64,000 nucleotides of DNA from assembly GCA_964187785.1 (NCBI GenBank), contig OZ076409.1:82772001-82836000 (forward strand), read 5' to 3'. The stretch is from Amphiscolops sp. MND2022 (taxonomy: Eukaryota). The notes beneath the pieces are model-generated. The model was not told where the DNA came from, made no database searches, and saw only the letters and a program-made list of their open reading frames with translations. Within the stretch, counting starts at the first letter, position 1. The number at the start of each line of letters is the position of its first letter. The position numbers were made by a program, and so were the translations under genes. Positions 50,601 to 63,564 of the stretch are shown piece by piece.

Positions 50601-53600
50601 GCATGGCCTCGGAGCAAATGAGTCACGAAGAACAAATCCGTGCAGCGTGGTATGCTCCTTCACCAAGTCAATTCGATGGCCTGAGCCAAGACGACCAAGT
50701 CCGGGTAATATCAGTAGCGGAAGATGGGGGTCCCTCCCGACCTGTAGTAGTCACTTGTGGCGAAAAACAAGTACTCACCACACTAGAGGCACCCGCCCCA
50801 GATTGCACAGAGACACTTATCTCGATACACTTGCTTCTCTCGGCCGAACAAAAAACGCGACCCACGCTGACGCTATCGCAACTGAAGGAGGAATTATGCA
50901 GAAACGTGAAATATACTATCGCAGCGCGACCGCTCCCCCATTTCGCGAGAGAAGACGAAACGAAACTGGCCCCAATACAGAAAGTCAAAACCGTTTCTCC
51001 GGTGCCGGTAGCCATTAACGTAGACGGTGTAGACATGAAATTTGACGCTATCGTAGTCTTAGAAGGTCACTTCCCTCAGGGATTGTACTTGGGCCGCCAG
51101 GAGTTACGATGTTATAACATCGGAGTGCAAGATGCCCAGGGGGAGGCTCGCATTGACGAACGGGCATCCCTGGTGGTTGCCTTTGGCAACACGATCCAGG
51201 AACCAATACCCTTGTACGGGATGATTGACACCGGTTCCGGTGTCTCCATTCTCTCCCTCAAAGCCTATCAAAAGATTGCATCACCCCACGCCTTGAGCCT
51301 CGTACCATATGACATCCAACTGTATGCCGCCAATGGTAAAACCATCAACACCATCGGAATTGCCGAAAATGTTAGCTTCCAGTTGGGCGGATATACCCTT
51401 CGAACCAATTTCATAGTCATTGCCGATCACCTAGGCGCGGAGGACTTCTTACTTGGCAGAAACTTCTTGCGCACTTACAACGTTCTCGTGGACCTGACGG
51501 CCATGAGGGTCACCATACGAGACCCCAAAGCGCCACGCCACTTCAAACCCGTCCATGAGGTAAGTGATCATGAGCCATCCCTAGTGATATCCACCGAAAA
51601 AGTAGTCCTAGGCCCTTATGAGCGTAAACTAGTACGAGCCCAAGTTATTTCTCAGAAGCACAACGATTACCTTTTCCGAAACGTAATGATTCGCCCCCAG
51701 GGGGTATATAAACGATCCCCCTTTGTTTCAGAAGATACATTGACGTCTGTTGGAGATGAAGGCATTGTCTTCATAGCCGTACGAAACACTACCCCCTCTG
51801 AAAACGTAACCATTCAAACCAAAACTGTCCTCGGTAAGGCAGAACCTACAAACTTTGTGTTACAACCTGTGGCTGCCGACACGGCAACCGAAATTGATAA
51901 ACCTTTGTTTGAACAAGTTAATAGAGTTTATACTGAAGAGTGGTTAAACGAAACGAGTTCCGAATACAGTTCTTTTGCTCAAAATTTCTTGTCCTCTACT
52001 GAGATATCTGAAGAAGGATTATCGGAAAGCGAGAAGCGTGCTCAGACTGACCCACAATTACTAAAACCTATACCAGGTCCAGACCTCTCTTCCGTCCTTT
52101 CTTCATGGGGGGAGGGAGCGAGAGATCAACTAGCAAGCGTCCTGAGCGAGTACGATGACCTTTTTATGAAACATAAAGCTGACATAGGGAGGTGCAAAAT
52201 AGCGAAACATCGTATAGAACTAGAGCCGGAAGCTATCCCGCATAGAGAAGGCGCTCGGCGCATGTCCCCAGATAAGGCAGCAAAGGCTAATCAAGAGGTG
52301 CGGAATTTACTGGCCCTTGGCCTAATTCAACCCTCTTATTCACCGTGGGCAAGCGGAATAGTCATGGTCAAAAAGAAAACAGGCGAACTTCGCTTCTGCT
52401 GTGACTTCCGACCGCTCAACGACGTAACGGTCAAGGACGCGTTCCCATTGCCCAGGATTGATGAAAGTCTATCCCGGATAGGCAATGCGAAAATTTTCAC
52501 AAGTATTGACCTAGCGTGGGCCTTCTGGCAGATACCGCTAAAGAAGCGCGATAGAAGGAAAACAGCATTTGCCTGCGAACTGGGCTTGTTCGAATGGCGG
52601 CGCATGCCCTTTGGGCTATGCAATGCATCAGCCACATTTCAGCGCTCCATTACACGAGCCCTGCAACGGATCCAGCAACGACACGGGAGTGTCGTCATGG
52701 CTTACATTGACGACATAGTTATCGCCACGGAAACCATAGAAGACCACATCGTACGAATCAAGGAAGTATTCGAGTGTCTCCGAGAGGCTGGATTCAAGAT
52801 GCGTGCCGAGAAATGTGACTTCATGCGCACGGAGACAAAGTACCTGGGGCGAGTGGTGTCCTCGGAAGGCATCAGACCAGACCCCGAAGCAATAGTCAAA
52901 ATTCAAGAATGGATGCCCCCGAGAAACAGAGAGGAGCTTCAGAGCTTCCTAGGGTTCGCAAACTATTACCGGGACTTTGTACCGTTTCATGCAGCCAAGG
53001 TGCAACCCCTGCAGGAGTTACTCAAGAAGAGTCAGCATTTCCACTGGGAAATAAAACACCAAGAGGCCTTCGACGCAGTAAAGGAGGCACTAGCGAACGC
53101 GACCGCCTTGGCAGCCCCAAATGAAGACGGACGGTTCGTGCTCGATACCGATGCTAGTGCGGTGGCGATAGCTGGAATCCTGCACCAGGAACAAGAACAC
53201 AATGGGAAAACTATTTTACGGCCAATAGTCTTCGGGAGCAAGTCCCTAACGAAGACGCAACTGAACTATGGAGCACCCAAGTTGGAAATGTACGCAGTAT
53301 TTTACTTCATAGAGAAATTCCATTCGTATCTCGCAGGCCGAGAGTTCACGCTCCGCGTGGACAACCAGGCCCTGTCGTGGCTTAAAACGTACTCCATGGA
53401 TCAAGCCATGATAGGTCGCTGGATAGCCCGTCTGGATCAATATAACTTCAAAACGATCCACCGACCTCTCACACAGCATCGAAACGTGGACGGCCTCAGC
53501 AAACGGACCAACGACTATGTGCACCGAGAGAAAATCCTTGAGAAGTTACCGGAAGTGAGTGAAGGATTCAACTTCATGACCAAAGAAGACTATGAAGCAC

Positions 53601-56600
53601 TCCCCACCGTGCCATACTTTGACAAACACGGACGCCCAATACCAAACCATCCAGAGCTCCCGCCGGAAGCTCGAGCCCAACTCCCACTGCTGTATATCTT
53701 GGGAAAAAGGCCCAAAACGAGCTTGCAAGAACCTCCGGTGAATGATGCCCCATGGTACCCCCAAATACAGTGGGAAGCGACGCCCACCACAGATGAGGAT
53801 CACCGACCGAGTCACATCCTCAGCATCACGACCGAAGTGCCACCGGCACGCCTAGACACTGGAGAACCTGATCCTGTGCTTGAAGAGATGCCACCCGAAT
53901 GCCAAAACAAGCCCACGCCCTTAGAACAGTCGGGACAGAGATGCACGAACACTTTCTGACTAGACGTGGCCTCAAGGACCTGCACCTAGCACAAAATAGG
54001 GACGTGCACCTCCTAGCGCTGAGGAAACTCATGAACGGCGAACCACTGGAAGACACAATGTTCCCCGAAGACGTGCAGGACTTCGCGCGACGCTACTTCC
54101 ATCAAAAGAAAGACCTGCTCTTCCTGAACCCAGACGACATCCTCTGCGTCAACTACGTTCCGCAACAACGTGCGCTGCACGTGCGACCGTGTATGATAGT
54201 CATGCCACAACTATACCAACACGAGATTCTGTATAGGGCACACGACGAATCGGGACATCAGGGCGTAGGGAAGGTGCTAGCAAGAGTACAAGAGCGGCAC
54301 ACCTGGCCGGGCATCAAGCGTGACATAGTCAATCACATCAAGCACTGCTTAACCTGCCAACAAACAAAACACCCCGCCGGGAACCCCTGCTACCCCTTGC
54401 AGAACATCAACAGCAGCAATTTCAACGACTTAGTACAATTCGACCACCTCAAACTATGCAAGACCGAATCGGGGAACACCGGTCTCTTGGTCATGATAGA
54501 CCACTTCACGAAATTCGCCGAGGCTATCCCGTGTGCCCACGACGAATATGATGCTCAAACCACAGCTAAGATCATCCTTAATAAATGGTTTGCCAGGCAC
54601 GGCACTCCAGCACGCTTGCAATCCGACAATGCCACGAATTTCACAGCTGAAATCGCACAGGAGCTAATGAAGGCTTCGCAAGTCACTAAAGTGACATCCA
54701 CACCAGCGCATCCCCGAGGAAATGGACTCGTGGAAAGGCAGAACCGAACGTTACTCACACTGCTCAGAGTCTACACTTCGCGACGAATGCAGGATTGGGA
54801 TGAGCATATTGATGGAATCCTCGGTGCGTACAATTCAACTAGACACGCAACCACGGGATTCTCTCCCTATATGCTCCAACACGGAGCCGAGAAATCCATT
54901 CCCTTGTCGTTCATCTACCCAGAATTTGCTGCGCGAGGATTCGACTCCAAAGAAGAATTCGTAGAGCACCTTCTAGCCAGACAACAGGAAATCCATGAAC
55001 TCGTCAGAAGAAATACACACCAAGCACAGCTACGGCAAAAGCTGAAGTTTGACCGCCACCTGAAGGCCAAAGCGCACGCCGTAGGCGATGCGGTGTGGGT
55101 ATTTTGCCATATCATACCCAAGGGTGGCACCCGCAAGCTGATTCGCGCATGGCGTGGACCCCACAAGGTGACTGACGTGTTGCAGGACGGACGATTATAT
55201 GTGTTAGACACTGGCCAAAAGGTCCATTACGAAAGATTAAAAAAGCACGTGCCTGCCCCTTGGGACTGGGCCGCACACCAGCCCTTTGGGCCGGATCAAA
55301 ACGTAGCCATCATTGCTGATCCGTACGTAGAAGAAAGCAATGAAGAGATAGCGTCCGACATCTCTCAAGACTCTTTTCTACCGGAACAACTTCCGGAAGC
55401 ATCGTTCGAGATGGAACCAACAGGATCGATTCCACCTCGTACCATTCAGACTCGTACCCAAGCGGCACTCGAGCAAGGAATACCCCGAAGAAGATTCAGC
55501 CACTTCGGATACCCCTCTGATTCAGATTCCGAAGGAGAAGAAAATGAGCCGCCGATCCAGAGCCCACCACCGCCAGTAGTGTTCCCCGACTTGGACGACC
55601 TAGAACCACTGTACTCCGACCAGGAGGAAATTCAGCCAGCCGTACCTACAAGTCTGATACCATCACCCTCAGGGACCTCGGCCCCCCTACTATCCAATCC
55701 GTCCCTGACGGATACCCTGAGTAACTTTCCCTTGTTTGGCCCCCAATTGGAGGACCCAATCGACCCGATAGAAATTAAACCAAAGTCAGGAACTGAAGAC
55801 GAAGAAGAGATAACCTATCGCAGTCCAAGCCATTGCTCAACACAACCCGATACCACGAATCGCAGAGGACGGCCTCGAGGCCGACCACCAGGTCGAGGAC
55901 GACCCCGCGCTATACCATCCAGTAGAACCACGACATCGTCGCGAACCCAAACCGCACGATCCAGAAGAGGCCCTAGGACAAGAATGAGCGCTCGTGCACC
56001 AACTCGAAGACTAGACCGAGCAATGACTCTACCAGAAATACCCGAAAGCCAACAACCACCGGAGGTCCAGAATTCAGAACCGAGACCATCATCGCAAACA
56101 TCACGATATCAACTGCGAGCTAATAGAGCACCACGATACAAGTGTGGAACCTGTGGTTCCCGCAACTGTAGTTGCGTCAAGCATCTGACTCGCGATTCAC
56201 CGGACAACCGATTGGCCCGGGGAGCGGTAGTCCCTGCCAGGGATCTCTTGATGGCCAGGACACATTGTCACCCACAACATGAGATCTTAACCGTACAAGC
56301 CCAGCGAGAAAAAGTGGAGACACCCCCGCTAGTACACCATTTGATCATCACGGTAGAAAAAACTTTCACTAGTGTGGAACGAGAAGTGATACCACCGCTG
56401 GAAGAAACACTCAAAGCAATGCACGCGACATCTCCCTCCGACTGCCCAACTTACCGATTCAAGGAATGGACACCACCCCATCGAGGCGGTCTAGAATTCA
56501 CCCTACATGCCATCATACCGCCTTTGCCACCCTCGATGACGTTCGGCGAGCTAGCGAAAGAGGATAGTAGCCCAGAGATGATTCGCTGCATCACTGCACA

Positions 56601-57579
56601 CCAACTGTGGGAGAAATATCGTATTGCCTCCCCGCCGGGAGACATATACCAGCCCACCAATGGATGGTGGCTACTCGTCACCTCTCTAGACGCAACGACA
56701 TTGGTATCTCCCACAACTCTATTAATGTGCTTAGAAAGCTTACGTACTGTAACAGAACCTGAGAACACGCTCTGTTTCCACATGGCCGACATTTATCGTG
56801 GCAAATTCCTAAGCCAACATTGGCTACAATTAATAGCGGTCATCTTCTGCCGACAGGCGAAGATACACTTCTTGGATCGACAATTTTATACACCGAAAAA
56901 ACCCGTCACAGTTAGCGAAGCACTCTCGATAGTACACGATTGGTCATCTACCAACATGGGAGATAGACCGCTACGCCGAACCGTCTGGGAAGACCGAAAA
57001 GCAATCTTGCAGCATTTAGCACCCCGACCCACTGATGATCAGAGCAACACCACCGGCAAATGGCTCATAACCCAGCCCAAAACCAGACCGAATTACCTAC
57101 CTTGGATAACTTATGACAATACAGATATCCTGCAGGCACCTGGCGCTGTGATACTATGCTGCCCTGCGGATTTGCTCTCTTACTCTGCCACGATCCGTTA
57201 CGTTATTCGCGAATACGGTCAAGAAAACATATTTCGCCTAAGACCGTCAGTTGGCACCGCAATTCGCTTAGTCCGCTCGCCAACTGCACCCTGGAATAAC
57301 GAAATCTTCCTTCTATGTACCAGAGCATCGAACAAGCATCCACTCTTACATGAAGTACTCCATGCGTGTTTGACAAATTTGATAACCCAGCTCCATCGAA
57401 ACCACATTACCAGAATCCACTTGCCCATCTATGATCCTGAGCGATCGATGAACCTCCTTCCAGCCTGGTACGCCACGCTACGCGACCACTTTGCAGACCA
57501 CAACATTGCAATAATTTTGCACGATCGCGTCTATGTCACGATAGCATCGATTACCTCTGCCAATTTTGGCGGTAGTTAA
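50601..57579 (+). CDS. pol: pol of element C in frame with gag (one frameshift ~53905): tandem protease, RT, RNase H, integrase, C-terminal macrodomain-like pair
   Basis: MIDTGS (DTG at 51227), YIDD (52703), DTDAS, HHCC AHDESGH..CLTC, QFDH/QSDN/VER catalytic triad, WRGPH; ORFs 50396..53959 and 53899..57579. Confidence 0.95.
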
Positions 57580-57910
57580 GAGCACGTCTCGCTCTCTTAT
57601 TGGCAGATCAGGCCACTGGCCTTTTGCATTGCCTTTAGTAAATTTGAAGCACCTTAAAATTTTAACAAAGCCGCGCCGATAAGCGCAAATTTTAGTAATA
57701 ACCACTGGAAACTTTTTAACCTTGTGTTTGTGTGTTCGTCCTAAAAAGTTTAACTGCCCACCCGTTTATGTGATGTCTTATCTCCAACTGTGACCTGTTT
57801 TTCAGTTTTGTCCTGTTGCCTCGCCTCTGCGCGGCCCCCCTACTTATCACGCCAAATCAGTCTTGCCATCACAATCTTCGGTGCTAAACATTCCTTTATC
57901 ATCGTTTCCA

Positions 57911-60900
57911 ATGGACCCATCTGCGCGACACCGCCTGCCTGCACCCCAGAACGCTGCGCGTGCCCAACCATCCACAGGGAACGACCCACCTCCAATGATA
58001 AGCGAAATAGATGGTCGAGTCGACCAACTAGCTCTTGTCCAAGACACTCTACTAAACGGAGCGACACCCACGATGATCGCTGGCTTCGCCATGATCATCG
58101 CCCAAACCCAAGCTCAGGCAGAGTACCCTGATATTAGCTTCACCATCACCAGCCGAGTCGGCCCGATAGAACGCTCTGCCACTTTTCGCGACGGTACCTG
58201 GCAAGGGTATGACTTAACCCACAGCCTCATAGATCCTCGCTCCCACGTAGTCTATGGAGAGCCTACTAGGCCCCCATGGACCAAGAACGATCACTCCGTA
58301 TTTCACAATCAGCACTACAGACGTTACAGACGCAAACTACGACCCCGTTGCCCTCACCGCACCCGGTGCATTTCAGCTGCACACTGCCAATCATGCCACC
58401 CCCAGTGCTAACACCGCCTATGCCCCTGGCATCGGAAGGCATTCGACTACTGACCACCCCATCTTCTACCTTCATGCCTCCATCTACCTTTCAGGGGGGA
58501 GGGGTGCAAGTAGACAATACAACAAGCGCTACCCTGAGCGAAGAACAGCCCAGGAGAACGGTGACGTTCAAGGACTCATATGAAGAATTAACTCAGACGT
58601 CCTCCAGAACCGAATCACAAGTCTCGGAACCTCTACAAGCCTCAGAACCAGCCAGCCTAGTAGGCTTCCAAATGGACCCACAATTCCGAGAACGTCAGCG
58701 AGAACAACAAAAAGCTGAAAGTAAGGCAGCCAACACTATGGTAGACCTCCGGGAGAAAATAAAAGCTGGAAAGCGAGCCAGAGAGGCGACCACGCAAAGT
58801 AAACAATCGAGCTCGACCAGTATCCCGCAACCCTCGTCTGCCTCACCCACACAACCAGAAATAAGGAGACCGAGAATAACGCACGAACTCCTAACACATA
58901 CAGAAAAACGGCAGCTGGATATCACTGCACGCGACGCACTGCGTCTCCAGCGGGAAATACCAACCACAACGTCACCAGAAGACCCTCTACGACAGAAATT
59001 CGAGACCGCAACGGGAACTGGGGACCTCGCCACAAGGCAGAAAATCGAGAAAGCCACAGTGGGAGTACTCTACAATCGCCACGTCAAGAAACCAGTGTTC
59101 ACTCGAGACGGATGCCCCCCATGGTTTAACCGCATGCGAGCAGAATTGGAGAGAGTAAACTCAACATACATGCGTGTTCCTGACAACTTCCTCAGACAGC
59201 GCCCTGGCCGCTTCGACGAAGATCGCTTGCGAACTAAAAACTATGCGAGGGACCCCATTACAATCCTGCCCATGGGAAAGGACCTTTTGCAGAAAACCAG
59301 AATAGCCTTCTTCGTCGACTCGACGATGAAGTCTTCATTCAACTCCCACAATACCCTCATGGATGTCAGAATAATGAACATGCCCTGTACAACACTGAAC
59401 GAAATGGCAGAGGTGACCGATAAAATATTCACCCAAGCGGGAACAGAGACTATCCCACTACCTCCGTTGCTGGTATGTTCGAATGTGATAGACCACCTCG
59501 CTCTGCGAGGGACCCTGGAATTCTTCCGGCCAGACCACGAAAGGTTTACCGAGGGGTTTGTCACCGACGAAGTAACCAACTACGTGGAGACAATGGCGAA
59601 TATTGCCCAAGCTATGCGCAGAAGGAAAGCTATCACTGGAACGGTGTTTATGTCACCTCCAGGCTACGTGCACCTTCCCCGGACCCTTCAGCAATTCTTG
59701 TACCTAGTAATGGAGACAGCGTACGCAAGAGATCTGGCTTTCTACATTGTGGCCCCTAATTTACGCATCAGTAATAATAGCTGGCGCCCCTGTGAAGCCT
59801 CATACCCAGCCTTCATTGCTGAAGTCTCAAAGGCCCTTCAATCATACGTCGGTTACCGCGGAAATTCCCAAATGATAGTAGATGAAGCAACAGCATTCGA
59901 TTATGGGATGGAAATGGCTCGTCGATCATTGAACGAGCGTGGAGACCGAATCGTGAATGATCCAAATGAAAGTGAGCGCAACAACCTGGTGGATAACCTC
60001 TGGTTTGAACGCCGGGACGAATCGACTATAGACGAGAAAACGCATGAACCCAAGTTTCACAAGGAACTCACGAGTCTGATGAAAGAAACCGAAACGATTC
60101 AAGGTGATAGGAAGAATTCCTCTATCTTCCCCATAGCACAAATATCATTGGACGCTGAACCTGGGCAAAGATCACCCACATTAGCCATGCTGTTGATACT
60201 GGCTCAAGACATTGTACAAAGGAATATTCAAGAGCCGACACACACGTACCAAACATGGCACAATCAACTACGAGAACCTCTGGGCCAAGTCGCGGACCGA
60301 CTAGGCATAACATTTCCCGTATTTCTCCACAACATCTCTCCCTTCTGGCTTCCTTCCCTGGTACAGGCCGAGTACGGCCTGGATGAGCAGCGAATGCGAC
60401 TTTACATGGAGGCCATGGAAAGAGCGACCATTAGTGAAATACTAGCGTATCTGATGGCTGTGGGGTTGACCATGATGTACAGAGGACCGTCAGCCCTCAT
60501 ACAAAAGTTCGTGCTCAACAAGGGAGGCTCAGCCCTGTTCAGCTTCCTAGTCTTTTCGCAGAATCAAAGAAGTTGGATATCTGCGCTCATTGAAACTCTG
60601 GACCCAGCGGGTTCCTTAAAGTTAAAAGCGCAACTAGACTTAAACACTCAAGCACTTCTAGTGTGGATTTATTCCACCTGGGTCAATGTCTCTGGCGTTA
60701 TGCATCCTCTGGATGAGTGCCCAGCTATTAACCGAGACCCCAATCAACTTCCTGGGTTCCTGTTCCCTACACAAGTTGCAACGTTGATGCTCGTGGAAAC
60801 AGAGGACCTAATACCCCTCATTGCTCCGGTAATCTGGCCTATCTTCGGCGCAGTTATGGCCCTGCGCTATCCAACGCAGGCCCTGCGAGTGGCAGCGGTG

Positions 60901-62004
60901 AGCCCATCCCTCTCGATTCTACACTTCGTGACCTCTAATGGGCCCCTTCAGGGTCCCACCTATCAATCAGTGATACACAGCTTTGCCAACTTGCGACCTC
61001 CCATGGCATACACCGTAATCAAAGACCGCCAACAAGTGGAGCACAACTATCTTACCTTGATCAAGGCGAGAGCACGTAGCTCGCTCCCTTTGCCAATGGA
61101 AATCCACCCGGTAGTTTGGCTACATACCCCCCTTAATCCAAATAATGGAGCAGTGGCGACGTTTGAAGGGTGGGACGTGCCAGTTGTCCTGCGTATCTTG
61201 AGAACAATTATCCAAAGATTGGGTGGTCGTCGAAAAGGAGAAGAACCTACCAGGTTATTGTATCCCTATGCGTGTGACACTTCCAGAGTATATTGTACAA
61301 GAACAGAACCCCGTGAGCATACCGCCAGAATCTTGAATACCATTACATGTTGGGCCCAGCCAGAACTCGTGGACCTCGCTATACACCAGACCTTTCAACA
61401 GCTGCCAACAACCATTCCAACAGTAGCAAAAGAACCAAGCAGGAAAGATTTGCCCGTGAACACTGACGTTCCCAGCAACCCGCGTATGGCACTAGAGATA
61501 TTCGTGCGTCTGCATGGTCTCCAGCGAGAACGTACTCGAGCCGTGGGCGAAGAATACGCTAGGGGAATACGAACGTTCAGGCAGCTGTTCACCCAATATG
61601 GTCATCAAGAATTAGCGGACGGCCTGCCGAACTTGGAGTCAATCGAAGCCATCCCAGGGATTAGCGATTTGAGCGAAGCTGCCTCTGGCAGCTCTCGCAC
61701 CGTCTTTCCCACACCCCACATCAGTCAAGACACCAATGAATTATTGGTGGAAGGGGTACAAGATGATGTGCCAGGCGTCATGCCACCATCAGAGGAACCT
61801 ATGGCTGACAACAACTTCACGTTCTCTGATGCCACTACTCCTGTAAGAGACGAAGTGGAGACCAATATCTCGAACATGGAGGCAGCGGACATAGAGTCAG
61901 AGCTCAACAATTTACTGACCATAGATGAAGAATATCAAAGTACGGTGGACGCCATGGGCAGCACCTCCGTGCAAGAAGCCTCACAGAACCAACTGTTGGA
62001 ATAA
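57911..62004 (+). CDS. ORF3 of element C: ~1360-aa protein with SGNH-hydrolase-like domain (one frameshift ~58272)
   Basis: ORFs 57863..58411 and 58276..62004; homologous over its length to the decayed ORF3 of element A; RIAFFVDS motif at 59299. Confidence 0.8.
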
Positions 62005-62581
62005 AGGAGTCCTCTGGACCCCCAAGACTGTTAGAACACAATTGAGCATAAAGGACCCTATCATCAAGGTATTGATGCCAACTCTTGATTTTAGTTGTGC
62101 TACACCATCTTACTGGTGCTGAAAACTTTCAGTGCAATAAACCTTAATTTCTGAGTTTTGTTGGATGTATATTTTACTTTGCTACCAATGCAACAATGCA
62201 ATATAGCTACATCCTCTGGGTGGGTCCCGGTTCGGTGCCCTCCCGTTTTGATTTGAATTTGAAACTTCTACCAAGCCCAAAAGTTGTTGTTACTCACTTG
62301 GCCGCGCAGGGGCCCAATTTTAGAAAAAGAAATTTTAACTTGAACTGAGTAATTAGTGAAAAAACCTTTTTTTAAAAAAAATCCGACTGTATAGTTTTTA
62401 ACCTAAAAATCAGTGCTTTTTGAATTTGATGGCTTTAGGGTGCTAGACATGCAGTAGCGAAACGAAAAGAATAGTAATGTGAAATCAACATAGCCTTGAT
62501 GTAAGACCTTTTCTGTGAATCTCAGAGTACCCTTTGGGTGCGAGCATCCTCTCGTTTGCCGAGGACGACAAACTACGGCCC

Positions 62582-62589
62582 GGGGAGGA
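62582..62589 (+). promoter_or_regulatory. Polypurine tract of element C
   Basis: GGGGAGGA abutting the 3' LTR. Confidence 0.85.
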
Positions 62590-63307
62590 TGTAACGTCCA
62601 CCAGTCAACACCAAATTTTCGATGAAAAATTCGATCAAGAACCAAAAAATGTGCGAATCAAAATGGCCGACCTGGCAGGTCCTTGAAGCCCATAAAATGA
62701 AAGAAGAGAACACGTGAAGAAGAGGAACGACAGGAGATAATGAAGAGAAGAGGCAAAACAAGTGATGACATGAAGATCCACACGGAACAGAATACGATGA
62801 ACGCTACCCGGTGCTATGTCATCCCTGAGAAAGCAGAACCATTCTAGAACGGCGTGACTGGATCCCCGAAAATCTACAAACAGTAACTGTATTTCCACTC
62901 GGGGCTTATCCCCCTTTGTTTTGTTAATTTGTTATAATGCATTTTGTCACTTTCCCCATATCTGACCTTCTAGGTCGGCATTTCATGCCCATAACTGTCG
63001 AAATGACATTTTTCGGATAAACACCTTTTTGGACCTCGGAAGTATGTAGGGGATGGCAGGAATACACTAAAAACCTTAGGATACGTTTTTACAGGCTTGT
63101 GGGGCGTGTCCGGACTTTGAGAGTGCCGGCACGTCGCCTCGGAGCTCTAACTAGAGGAGCCTCCTTAGACGTTAGAAAAGTCCCCCATGGAGACCATTTT
63201 GGGATCAAAAACTAGTGTTTAGGAGTGTAGTAAGACAACGGTCTCCTGTTTAAGCACCCTAGGCATCGTCCCTCTTCCTAGGTGTGCGCCGCTAGCCGGA
63301 CGTTACA
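62590..63307 (+). repeat. 3' LTR of element C (718 bp)
   Basis: Direct repeat of 44210..44927. Confidence 0.97.
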
Positions 63308-63564
63308 AAAAAAAGTCGCATTGTGCCGAAAAAAAGTGGGGCTAAGGTGGGATCTTTAGTGTGTTTTCGAGGTTGTGGACGTCTGTTTTGTTTTTTTCTC
63401 TTCGTTTTGGACGCGCTTCTGAGGTTGGAGTTGTTGAGGTTTGAAGTTGTTGAGGTTTGAGGTTGTTGAACAAATGAACAAAAAAGTGGACCTTTCGTGT
63501 CTAAAAAAAAACTACCCACTGTAATAGTCGGGCACATTTTCTACTAAAATGCGCCGACTAAAAA
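63308..63564 (-). mobile_element. HINE/DINE-like element, right part (continuation after element C)
   Basis: Near-identical to 10411..10645, ends CTACTAAAATGCGCCGACTAAAAA. Confidence 0.85.

Larger units (their letters stand above)
44210..63307 (+). mobile_element. Element C: 19.1-kb Ty3/Gypsy LTR retrotransposon with macrodomain-like modules and a giant ORF3
   Basis: Two 718-bp LTRs, PBS, PPT, gag, PR-RT-RH-IN pol, extra ORF; inserted in an A-run of a HINE. Confidence 0.97.

Noticed and set aside
48572..61922. Many short overlapping or antisense ORFs within gag, pol and ORF3 of element C
   Set aside because: Shadow frames of long coding regions with no recognisable motifs
57911..62004. ORF3 as a conventional env glycoprotein
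   Set aside because: No N-terminal signal peptide, no clear furin site plus fusion peptide, acidic disordered C-terminus rather than a TM anchor
62005..62589. Self-encoded tRNA-like primer in the 3' UTR of element C
   Set aside because: No complement of the PBS (..GTGGTCGCCA) or cloverleaf found by eye
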